Below are positions 1-7,768 of a stretch of 32,000 nt of DNA, piece by piece. The stretch is from positions 3,690,001 through 3,722,000 of the forward strand of contig CP178758.1 in NCBI GenBank assembly GCA_047651235.1, given 5' to 3'. Both the position numbers and the translations under genes were made by a program. The notes beneath the pieces are model-generated. The model did no database searches. It was not told the origin of the DNA and saw only the letters and a program-made list of their open reading frames with translations. This DNA is from Candidatus Electrothrix yaqonensis (lineage in GTDB: Bacteria > Desulfobacterota > Desulfobulbia > Desulfobulbales > Desulfobulbaceae). Position 1 is the stretch's first letter. Each line of letters starts with the position of its first letter.

Positions 1-1842
1 AGCCCGGTACATTTTCAGACTTTCCAGCAGAGGAACGATGATCTGATCAACAAGGATTTTGCTCTTTGCCCCGGTCTTGGGATCACGCACAGCGATCATG
101 GTGCCTGCCCAGGAGGCAAGTTCCTGCAGCGCTGTGACAAGCTCTGCTATGCGGGCAAACAGATGCAGATTTGCCGGTTCAGTTGTGCCGGGGAGAACCG
201 CCTGAAAATCCGTATCCTGCAGCAGGCTTTTTTTCCGCTGCAGAAGAATATCTTCAAGCTGCTCCCTGCTGTCTGCCACCAGAAGATTCCCGTTAACAAA
301 GGCGTAGGAAGGCTGCAGCATACCATTGGCTGCCAGCAGCGAGACAACCGGTATGCTGGCGATCTGATCGCGTTTGACCGGCAGTCCGGCAGTGATTTTC
401 CGGAGAAAAAATTCTAGCTTTTCCTGATTGCGCACCGCAATGCTGAAGCAGATGCGGGGGACAGGAAAAAAACCGGCCGTGCTGATTGCGGTCACATTGA
501 AACCGAATTCCCGGCCGAACAGTCCCCAGAAGGTCTCCATATCCATTCCGATCTGCTGATTAATCCAGTCTGTCATTCTGGCTGCTGCCGCCAGTTCGCC
601 CTCTTCCCCCCGGGCAACAGTGGTCTGCCACCAGAGCTGCGGCTCCAGCCAGTTGCACCAGAACGAGATAATCTGGTCCGCCGATGTTGCCTGCAGACTG
701 TGGTTGCGGATCGGGGATCTGGTATAGATTCTGCGCTGAAAAGGACGCAGCTGATTTTCTGAAAAACGGGTTACCGCCCTGAAATGCAGGGAAGGGCCTT
801 CCGCATGGTAAAAAAAGCCCATGCTGCGCACACCTGCAGCCCAGGGACGGTTTTCAGGGGGCTGATTATTATTCTCTGCGCCGGACAGCGCATTCATGAA
901 GCCGTGGTGGAGCTTGAAACGAAAGAGATCTGCATAGAGAAAAAGTTCGTTTTTTTCTGACCGGTGTTCCCGGAGCCGAGTATAGTCTTCCTGCCGGAAA
1001 CCGGACTGTCCGGTGAAAATATGATGGAGAAACAGGTCAATGCTCTGTCGGACCGGCTGCCGGGCAAAGGAAAGCGCAACATATTGTCCGACCGGAACGA
1101 GGTACAGCTGTTTTTTATCTTTCAGGCGCAGGGAAGTAATAGTGAACCCGTAATACTTGCGGGTAGCTCTTTTTCCGCCGAGCATGTTGAGCAGGGCAGA
1201 TTGGACCGCCTGCGGGTCGTCCGGGCCGCACTGCAGCAAAATAAGCAGATTGTCGGGCAAGGTATTTTCTTTTTCCCTGCGGGGCAGAGAAAACGGGGCG
1301 GCAAGCCGGGCAACAACAACTTGCCTGCTGAAGATCTCCGGGAAATCCGGATGGGTAAGCAGCTCCATCAGCCCGGAAGTTGTACGCTCCAGCGGGCGGC
1401 GCAGGCTCGGTTTTATGCGTAGCCGTTGCATGACGGAGCGCCATTGAATCTCATTCAGAGCCCGGCCAAGCGGCGAGGCAAGGAATGCCCGGCCTGTTGC
1501 TGCGGCATCACGTATGTCCAGAATTAGTGCAGCATTCCGGGAAACCAGCGCCAGAGGTTCCATCGGAGGGGCATGGGCCGGGATCTGTTCGCTGATGTAT
1601 TTTCCGGGAAGCGACAACAGGATCGACCGGTCAATGCTGCAGAGCTGGCGAACCGGTCCGGAGGTAAGGAATTTTCCGGTCAGGGAAATAAGGCCGGGGC
1701 TGCTGACCTTTTTGACTTTTTGTACGGCTTCCTGCGTATTTTTTTTCAGGGGAGTTTTGCTGTTTCGGGAAAAGAATACCGGGCTGGACAAAACAGCAGA
1801 AACGGCAAGGAAAAGAAGGAGAATAGGGCGCGGACGTTTCAT
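1..1842 (-). CDS. Exported hypothetical protein, 3' end outside the window (614 codons visible). Possibly DUF3352-like, which I cannot verify.
   Basis: Absent from the supplied ORF track because no stop codon lies in the window. I translated the reverse complement codon by codon from the ATG at comp(1842..1840) down to nt 1 and found no stop: MKRPRPILLLFLAVSAVLSSPVFFSRNSKTPLKK...KILVDQIIVPLLESLKMYRA. The N-terminus has a basic then hydrophobic signal-peptide-like segment. All + strand ORFs in this region are short. Confidence 0.65.
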   Translation of the reverse strand, partial: MKRPRPILLLFLAVSAVLSSPVFFSRNSKTPLKKNTQEAVQKVKKVSSPGLISLTGKFLTSGPVRQLCSIDRSILLSLPGKYISEQIPAHAPPMEPLALVSRNAALILDIRDAAATGRAFLASPLGRALNEIQWRSVMQRLRIKPSLRRPLERTTSGLMELLTHPDFPEIFSRQVVVARLAAPFSLPRREKENTLPDNLLILLQCGPDDPQAVQSALLNMLGGKRATRKYYGFTITSLRLKDKKQLYLVPVGQYVALSFARQPVRQSIDLFLHHIFTGQSGFRQEDYTRLREHRSEKNELFLYADLFRFKLHHGFMNALSGAENNNQPPENRPWAAGVRSMGFFYHAEGPSLHFRAVTRFSENQLRPFQRRIYTRSPIRNHSLQATSADQIISFWCNWLEPQLWWQTTVARGEEGELAAAARMTDWINQQIGMDMETFWGLFGREFGFNVTAISTAGFFPVPRICFSIAVRNQEKLEFFLRKITAGLPVKRDQIASIPVVSLLAANGMLQPSYAFVNGNLLVADSREQLEDILLQRKKSLLQDTDFQAVLPGTTEPANLHLFARIAELVTALQELASWAGTMIAVRDPKTGAKSKILVDQIIVPLLESLKMYRA

Positions 1843-1965
1843 GCACGCTTCATATCTGTTGATTGCACAGCTCCGGGAGGCGTTTTTGAGCGGAGCTGTC
1901 CGTTAACCGGCAGAACACACAAAGGGCAGCTCTGCCGGAAACGTTTATCCGGGCCTGCCGGACCT

Positions 1966-2379
1966 TCAGACAGTAAATTCAGTTATCCAGAAATCGTGTT
2001 TATTGCAGAAGCTGGTTGCACATGCCTTGCCGGTGTAGTCTTTCGGCAGATCAAAGGATGATTCCGGTTTGTCGGCCGGGGAGAAAGTCTTGCCGCCGAG
2101 CACGGTTCCGTCGGATAGGACAACCGTATGGCGGACAATAAAATGTTCTGCGCTCATGGGATGGTTTGTTGTAACAGAGACCTTACCCTCTGCAATGCTG
2201 ACCTGCGGGGCATGGCTGCCTGACTTACCCGCCCATTGGCCTTCTTGGTCCTTGCTGTAAAGCACCCCGGGACAGGAGCAGGCCGAACCTTCGGCAAAGG
2301 CGGTACCGGTTGAGCCCACTGCAACGGCAGAGGCGGCAACTGCTGTTGTTTTCAGGAACGTCCGTCTGTCAATCATCAT
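1966..2379 (-). CDS. TAT-signal desulfoferrodoxin/neelaredoxin-family (superoxide-reductase-like) protein
   Basis: 137 aa. The N-terminus MMIDRRTFLKTTAVAASAVAVG...AFA is a twin-arginine style signal. The motifs HPMSAEHFI and FCNKHDFW match the SOR iron-site motifs HPMxxxHxI and CNxHxxW. GGAGGAAAA lies upstream of the ATG. Confidence 0.75.
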   Translation of the reverse strand: MMIDRRTFLKTTAVAASAVAVGSTGTAFAEGSACSCPGVLYSKDQEGQWAGKSGSHAPQVSIAEGKVSVTTNHPMSAEHFIVRHTVVLSDGTVLGGKTFSPADKPESSFDLPKDYTGKACATSFCNKHDFWITEFTV

Positions 2380-2468
2380 TTTTCCTCCGGTTGGGATTGC
2401 AAAATAACTGTTGCAGTCAGCAACAGTCTGAATAAAGAGAGGTTTACGGGGTTGGCGGAGAATGCGCT

Positions 2469-3899
2469 TTAATATTTTACCCGTACCCGCCAGGTAAGTA
2501 CTGTACTTTCTTTGGGCTCGATTTTGATCTGCCAGACCGCTGTATTGGAAGCCTCCTTGGTATGGGGTGCGGATTCTTCCACCATTTCCCAGTCACCAGG
2601 CACCGGCTCTTCGACCCGTACAGTGACCACCTCCTCCTTGGCATTACGCAGCACCATTTCAAAGGCGCTTTCAAAAGCGTAATTATAGCGGCTGAAGCCG
2701 GAGAGCTTTTTGAAATCGATCTGCTTTTTATCTGCTGTGACATCAAAGGCTTCACCGAGTTTGAGGCGAATTGTCTCGTTTTCCGGGGTATGATCGATCA
2801 GGTCTTCGCCCACGAACTGGAGGCTGCCGGCACTGTCTTTTTTATAGACCCGCATGATCCCGGCAGGCAGCGGCTGCCCGGCACCGGCCTCCTTGGAATT
2901 TTTCAGCTCAACAAAAACGCCGACTTTGAGCTTTTTACCCAGATCACCGGCCCGGCTGCTGTAATAGTAATTCTGGCCGTTCAGGACAAATTCTTTGTTG
3001 ACCCGGACTTCTTCAGCCTGCAGCAGGGCGACCTGCTTGGACTGCTTTTCTTTGATGGTGGTCGGGCGTCCGAGGGTGTAGAGGTGGTACTCAAACATGG
3101 ACTCTTCAGCCATGCCGTTGTCCATTGCAGCCGATTCCGCCAGAACAGCTCCCCGCGCCATCATCGGCTGTATCCGTTTTTTTACCCGGTTCACATCACC
3201 GGCCACCAGCTTGAGCTGCGCATTCTCATAGGTTGCGCCGCTTTCGTTGTCCAGGGTCACCCAACCGTTGAGATCCAGAGTGGTGTCATCCGGTCCGAGT
3301 TCCGCCACATAATCCGCCTGCCAGGAAAGGCCGCCGGTCAGGTAGCTGAGCACCACGGACTGCGGTTCATCAGTGTGGCTGTTTACCAGCATGGTCAGGG
3401 TAGGGCGGTCCCGCAGATTTTCCGGCACCGAAGGGAAAATCAGACGGCCCGGAATGCCGGATTCGATATGATCTTCCACCCGGAGGACAGTACCGTTCCC
3501 TGTGCTGAGCACGGTTGCCTCCTGCTCAGTTTCTTCGCCGGTAGTTGGATGTGTTTTGATCAGCATTACCTTTTTCCCGGCGTATTTTTCCAGCAGGGAC
3601 TGGGGGGTGAGCAGGTCATATTCAAAATTCTGCTCCAGGATCTGCAGACCCGGTGCGGTCAGCAGGGCGGTCTGGGGTCGGATTTTGGCGCTGACTTCCC
3701 GGAAGGCAAGGGTCTGCTGCCCCGGTTTCAGGGTGAGCTGCCGGGTATCGCGGACCAAGGCAAGATCCTGATTATAGATGGTGACAGAAACAGATTTCTG
3801 ATCATCAAGCGTGGAAACTGTCTCATCAGCAGCGGAAGCTACAGATAGGGGGAGCAGGAAAAGTAGGCCGAGCAGGCTGAGGCAGATGATATGCAGCAT
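2469..3899 (-). CDS. DUF4139-family (MuiA-like) exported protein
   Basis: The ORF track extends to 4052. The internal ATG at comp(3899) gives MLHIICLSLLGLLFLLPLSVASA, a clean signal peptide. VSVTIYNQDLALVRD, FEYHLYTL and LPAGIMRVYKKD...FVGEDLI...LKLG follow the DUF4140/DUF4139 pattern as I remember it. Confidence 0.7.
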   Translation of the reverse strand: MLHIICLSLLGLLFLLPLSVASAADETVSTLDDQKSVSVTIYNQDLALVRDTRQLTLKPGQQTLAFREVSAKIRPQTALLTAPGLQILEQNFEYDLLTPQSLLEKYAGKKVMLIKTHPTTGEETEQEATVLSTGNGTVLRVEDHIESGIPGRLIFPSVPENLRDRPTLTMLVNSHTDEPQSVVLSYLTGGLSWQADYVAELGPDDTTLDLNGWVTLDNESGATYENAQLKLVAGDVNRVKKRIQPMMARGAVLAESAAMDNGMAEESMFEYHLYTLGRPTTIKEKQSKQVALLQAEEVRVNKEFVLNGQNYYYSSRAGDLGKKLKVGVFVELKNSKEAGAGQPLPAGIMRVYKKDSAGSLQFVGEDLIDHTPENETIRLKLGEAFDVTADKKQIDFKKLSGFSRYNYAFESAFEMVLRNAKEEVVTVRVEEPVPGDWEMVEESAPHTKEASNTAVWQIKIEPKESTVLTWRVRVKY

Positions 3900-4102
3900 A
3901 GGGCATCTCCGGGTTGACGTTGAACGTTGAAGAAAGTTGACAAGAGGAAGAAAGGTAACGTTGGTCCAGGTACGAAAAATATCTGTTCTCATTGTATCGG
4001 TCTGTGTTGTCGGCTGCTGTTTCCTGTGGTACAAGGAAAACAGTACGCACATCCCGATCCCGCCAAAAGATGTCCGGATAGGGAAAACTGCAGAGAAAGC
4101 TG

Positions 4103-4130
4103 TTGACAGCTTACCGGATGAGCATACAAT
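4103..4130 (+). promoter_or_regulatory. Sigma70-like promoter candidate: TTGACA-N16-TACAAT
   Basis: ttgaca at 4103-4108 and tacaat at 4125-4130, read directly. It lies about 200 nt upstream of the ExeA-like start at 4331. Confidence 0.4.
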
Positions 4131-4330
4131 GGGGCGCTAAGTCCTATAAAGATAAAGGTATAAGATAAGTACATATCCGGCTGACCGCTGTTCGCTATTT
4201 TTCTATCTCGGCAGAGAGATTACGCTGAAATTCCGTTGCTGTCAATCAACAGTTCATCGGGCAGTGCAGGATGATGCGGTTGCGCACTGCTTTCCCTGTC
4301 CGGCAGAAAATAAATTCAGCATATATTGCA

Positions 4331-6496
4331 ATGACGTATCTTCACCATTTCGGTCTGGGGCAGCCGCCGTTCACTCGGCAGCCTGATCCGGATGTTTTTT
4401 ATACCGGCGCCAGTCGGCTGGATATCCTCAGAGGCCTGCACAATGATCTTCGGCAGGGCAGGTCACCGATTCTGCTTACCGGCCCGCAGGGATCCGGCAA
4501 GACCGTGCTCTGCAGACTGCTGTGCTCTTTAGCGCCTTCAGGCCGCAGAGTTGTGTATCTGGACAACCCGGCAGGTTCCTTTGATGCCCTGGTTCGACGG
4601 ATTTGCGGACATCTGGGCATGGATTCTGCAAAGGAGCCGGATGCCGTTGCCGGACTGCATGGACTGCTGGACAGGAAGGAACAGCAGATTCTGCTGATTT
4701 TTGATGAGGCTGAGAAGATGTTTCTTGCTGCCCTTGAACGCATGTTCCGTCTGTTCAGCACTCTGAACAGAACGAATCTTCAGGTTGTTCTGGCTGGCCA
4801 GTCTTCTCTGCGTACCTCTGTTGAACAGCTGGCTGACTACTGCTCCGAGGTGAATATTGCCTCGGAATATACGCTGAAGGCTTTTACCAAGGAGGAGGCA
4901 GGAGCGTACCTTGATTTTTGTCTTCAGGCTGCCGGATTGATCGGGACAGACACCGGAGAACCTGTTTTTTCTGCCGGAACAGGGCAGAAACTCTTTGAGC
5001 TGTCCGGCGGTCTCCCGGGTTCACTGAATATGCTGGCTGAAGATGCTCTGCAGGCAGCAGCGGAAGCAGGCTCGCCGGTTGTGCTGCCTGTGCATGTTGT
5101 TGAGCGCCTGGAACAGGAGGTTCCTGTAGAGGAGGACGATGAAGGGAAGGGCGGCGGATTACGGATGCTGCTGCTTTTTCTTCTGCTGGCCAGTTGTGCT
5201 GTGTGGTATCTACAGAGCGGTTTTCGGTCGGAGCACGGAACTGCCCGTTCCGAAGCAGAGCAGGCTGATATGTCGCTGCTTTCTGCAGAAGATGCAGAGG
5301 AGGCGGAACCGTTCCCGGAGGATATTTCTGCTCCCCAATACATTGTTCAGGAAGATGCTGCCGGTGTCCCGGACGATTCTGATCACAATTCTGATCATGA
5401 CGCTGACCCTACGTACCCTTCTGATAATTCCGCAGAGTCACCTGCATTCTCCCTTGCCCTGCCGCAGCTTCTGGATTTCAGGTCCGGGGATAAAGAAGCT
5501 GAAGAGGCAGGGCTGAAAGATAGCGGATCATTCAGGGAACATGAAGAATCGCTTGGCGAATACGCAGGGGTGAAGTCAGACAGGGAAACTCCTGTCGTGC
5601 CGGTTCTTTCTGCTGTGCCGGAGAAGAAGGTATTGCGGGAAGCGGTTTCTCTGGACAAGGAAGAGGGCGCCGAAACAGAAGACGAGGTATCTGCACAGAA
5701 CGGAACCCCGGAACTCGTGCCGACGGCAAAAAAACTGCCGGATATCCAACCGGAAAAAATTATTGAACTGAAACCCGACAGGAGAAAGACTCGGCCGAAA
5801 TCTGCAGAAAAACTGCCTGCCAAAGAAAATGCGGCAAAAATAAAAACCCCTGCGGAACCTGCAGGGCCGGAAACCGCGCAGCCGAAATCCGGGGAAAAAG
5901 TTGAACCGGAAGAATCCGGAAAGAAAGTTGGACCGGAAGCAGCAGAAGAACTGGCCGCAGAAAAGGAGGCAGCAGGGCAGGGGACCGGAACAGCAGGCTC
6001 GGTAACTGCGCCGCCGAAAAAGAAAACCCTGGTTTCTGCTGCATCCGCACGGGGAAAAGGGCTGCCTGTGGTTCCTCCGGTGCAGATACCTGCTGATATT
6101 ATCCGTATAGAAGGGAATGCGGTGGAACCGGTAAATCCCGACCGACCGGTTGCTCCGGATCCTGACCGCCTTTTCCGACGTCTGCTCAATGCCGGAAAGC
6201 AATGGCAGGCAGCTGCACAGACAAAAAAATATACAATCCAGCTCCTTGTTCTTGCGGCCGAAGATGCGGCAGCCAAAATCAAAGAGATGCTTGTGCGGGA
6301 TGAATATCTGGAATACAGCGACAGGTTGTATCTTCTGCGCCGGGAAACCGTGCCGCCCACCCTGTTTCTCTGCTACGGAATGTACGGGAGTATGCAGGAG
6401 GCCCGTAGGGCCCGGAACACGATGCCGCTCTTTCTGCGCAAACATCACCCCTATGCCCTGTCTGTTGCCGGTGTGCTGAAAAAGGCGCGGAATTAG
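4331..6496 (+). CDS. ExeA/GspA/MshM-like AAA ATPase with a TM helix, a long disordered acidic/Lys-Pro-Glu-rich linker and a C-terminal DamX-type SPOR domain
   Basis: The ORF opens at 4271, and MTYLHHFGLGQPPF (ATG 4331) is the usual ExeA-type N-terminus. Walker A is LTGPQGSGKTVL and Walker B is LLIFDEAE. The hydrophobic segment is LRMLLLFLLLASCAVWYL. The C-terminus KKYTIQLLVL...LFLCYGMYGSMQEARRARNTMPLFLRKHHPYALSV resembles the DamX SPOR pattern YTLQL...[23 protein letters not shown]. Confidence 0.7.
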   Translation: MTYLHHFGLGQPPFTRQPDPDVFYTGASRLDILRGLHNDLRQGRSPILLTGPQGSGKTVLCRLLCSLAPSGRRVVYLDNPAGSFDALVRRICGHLGMDSAKEPDAVAGLHGLLDRKEQQILLIFDEAEKMFLAALERMFRLFSTLNRTNLQVVLAGQSSLRTSVEQLADYCSEVNIASEYTLKAFTKEEAGAYLDFCLQAAGLIGTDTGEPVFSAGTGQKLFELSGGLPGSLNMLAEDALQAAAEAGSPVVLPVHVVERLEQEVPVEEDDEGKGGGLRMLLLFLLLASCAVWYLQSGFRSEHGTARSEAEQADMSLLSAEDAEEAEPFPEDISAPQYIVQEDAAGVPDDSDHNSDHDADPTYPSDNSAESPAFSLALPQLLDFRSGDKEAEEAGLKDSGSFREHEESLGEYAGVKSDRETPVVPVLSAVPEKKVLREAVSLDKEEGAETEDEVSAQNGTPELVPTAKKLPDIQPEKIIELKPDRRKTRPKSAEKLPAKENAAKIKTPAEPAGPETAQPKSGEKVEPEESGKKVGPEAAEELAAEKEAAGQGTGTAGSVTAPPKKKTLVSAASARGKGLPVVPPVQIPADIIRIEGNAVEPVNPDRPVAPDPDRLFRRLLNAGKQWQAAAQTKKYTIQLLVLAAEDAAAKIKEMLVRDEYLEYSDRLYLLRRETVPPTLFLCYGMYGSMQEARRARNTMPLFLRKHHPYALSVAGVLKKARN

Positions 6497-6543
6497 TCTT
6501 TCTTCCGGAAAGATACAAGGATTTGTACAGAGTGCAGTGCAGC

Positions 6544-7479
6544 TCAGCTGCCTTTGTTCAAAAAAGAGGCAAGGTTGATCTTTTTGCCGGACAGATTGAG
6601 TTTTTTCCGGATGTTTTTCCGATGGGTGGCCACAGTCTGGGGAGAAAGCGTAAGCAGCTCGGCAATTTCCTTGGTTCTTTTTCCTTGGCGGATAAGGTTC
6701 AGCACCCGCAGTTCCGTGGGGGTGAGGAGGGTATAAATGTCCTCGCGTTCACAGCTCAGAGGGCGGACAAGGTCAAGCAGATTGCTGCGGATCAGATTCC
6801 TGAGCCGGGCCCGTTCCTCAGCCGGAGCCTGGACTGTCCTGTCAAGGTCGGGCAGGATCAGCCGTTCGATATTCAGCCGCATAATCCTGCCGAGCTTCTT
6901 TTTTTCCTGTTCAATTTCCTGCAGCAGGCGTTTGAGCACAATGTTCGTCTCCTGCAGCTCCTGATTTTTTCTCTCTAGTTCCGCAGTTCGTTTTCGTACC
7001 TCCTTTGCCAGGTTGTTCCGCATACGCTGGAGAGCGAGGTGGGTGCGCAGCCGGGCGAGCAGCTCAATCCTGCTGTATGGCTTGACAATGTAATCAACGC
7101 CTCCTGCCTCAAATGCTCTGACTTTTTCCTGGGGAGAACCGAGACCGCTGAGAAAAAGGACAGGGATATCTGCTGACAGCGGGTCTGCTTTCAGGCGTCG
7201 GCAGACCTCGTAGCCGTCAAGATCCGGCATGACCAGATCAAGCAGGATGATGTCCGGCCTGTTCTCTTTCTTCTGTACGCTCTGCAGGCCTGCCTCGCCG
7301 CTTGCGGCAGTCTGTGCCCGGTAACCGTGTTCTTCCAGGGTCAGTTTCATGAACCGCACATATAAGGCATCGTCGTCGATAACCAGAACAGTCGCGGCAG
7401 CTCCGGGCGGAATATCCCTTCTGTCCTTCGAAACAGACGGTGTCTGCTGTGCGATGTCAACTGAGTGCACGGAATGCAT
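6544..7479 (-). CDS. Response regulator: REC domain, coiled coil, LuxR/FixJ-type HTH
   Basis: The REC domain shows VLVIDDD...ILLDLVMPDLDGYEV...PVLFLSG...KPY. The heptad-like region is KEVRKRTAELERKNQELQETN. The C-terminus LTPTELRVLNLIRQGKRTKEIAELLTLSPQTVATHRKNIRKKL is a LuxR-type HTH. The ORF track extends to 7614. I prefer ATG comp(7479), which is preceded by GGAAAGGGG, because a promoter-like element sits inside the longer extension. Confidence 0.8.
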   Translation of the reverse strand: MHSVHSVDIAQQTPSVSKDRRDIPPGAAATVLVIDDDALYVRFMKLTLEEHGYRAQTAASGEAGLQSVQKKENRPDIILLDLVMPDLDGYEVCRRLKADPLSADIPVLFLSGLGSPQEKVRAFEAGGVDYIVKPYSRIELLARLRTHLALQRMRNNLAKEVRKRTAELERKNQELQETNIVLKRLLQEIEQEKKKLGRIMRLNIERLILPDLDRTVQAPAEERARLRNLIRSNLLDLVRPLSCEREDIYTLLTPTELRVLNLIRQGKRTKEIAELLTLSPQTVATHRKNIRKKLNLSGKKINLASFLNKGS

Positions 7480-7584
7480 GTTTTCCCCTTTCCTCGAAGT
7501 TTTCCAGGCACCGAAATGCTTATTTTTGAGCAGTTTTTTTGAGTAATTATTTCCTGAAAGGATATTTTTTCCACCTCCTGATTC

Positions 7585-7614
7585 ATTGTAACCCGGTGTA
7601 GGATGCCTGGTCAA
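7585..7614 (-). promoter_or_regulatory. Sigma70-like promoter candidate on the minus strand: TTGACC-N18-TACAAT
   Basis: The reverse complement of 7609-7614 is ttgacc and that of 7585-7590 is tacaat. The element is about 100 nt upstream of the preferred response-regulator start. Confidence 0.3.
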
Positions 7615-7693
7615 CAGGGAAAAATAACCGGGTGGGTATTTTTTATACCCGTTCTGCCCCCTTTTTTTACACCTGTATTTGTTCCTAACTTAA

Positions 7694-7722
7694 TTGATAT
7701 AATTAATATTATAAGGTATAAT
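7694..7722 (+). promoter_or_regulatory. Sigma70-like promoter candidate: TTGATA-N17-TATAAT, for the giant gene
   Basis: ttgata at 7694-7699 and tataat at 7717-7722, in the AT-rich divergent intergenic region. An imperfect palindrome TTAATT-N5-AATTAA (7690-7706) overlaps the -35. Confidence 0.45.
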
Positions 7723-7768
7723 TTTTTGTCCTGCAGTAAAAGAAATTAAATGCCCTTTACGGTCAAAA

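Noticed and set aside
1843-1965. Stem-loops (ccggcaga...tctgccgg and cagctccg...cggagctg) between the SOR-like gene and the next minus-strand gene, considered as terminators
   Set aside because: The loops are 14-17 nt and no U-run follows on the transcribed (minus) strand. I cannot support an intrinsic terminator call by eye.
964-2061. + strand ORFs of 152, 96, 130 and 162 aa
   Set aside because: They overlap the long uninterrupted minus-strand frame (1-1842), which has a start codon and a signal peptide. The + strand products look like antisense noise.
2562-3848. A 428-aa + strand ORF
   Set aside because: It is antisense to the DUF4139 gene. Its sequence is low-complexity (His/Phe/Gly/Leu-rich) with no motif, and the minus-strand frame has a signal peptide and family-typical motifs.
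3900-4052. A 51-codon N-terminal extension of the DUF4139 ORF
   Set aside because: The extension precedes a perfect signal peptide that begins at the internal ATG (3899), and a signal peptide buried 51 residues in would not function. By the same logic I rejected the 45-codon extension of the response regulator (7480-7614), which also contains a promoter-like element.
5395-6448. Minus-strand ORFs of 321 and 290 aa
   Set aside because: They are antisense to the compositionally biased linker of the ExeA-SPOR gene. Open frames are expected in such purine/pyrimidine-skewed sequence, and the products are Ser/Arg/Phe-rich nonsense-like sequence.
7634-7650. Hairpin gggtat-ttttt-ataccc followed by a T-rich run, considered as a terminator
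   Set aside because: It lies between two divergent promoters with no upstream gene reading into it on either strand. The stem is only 6 bp and sits in an AT-rich region, so it is most likely fortuitous.
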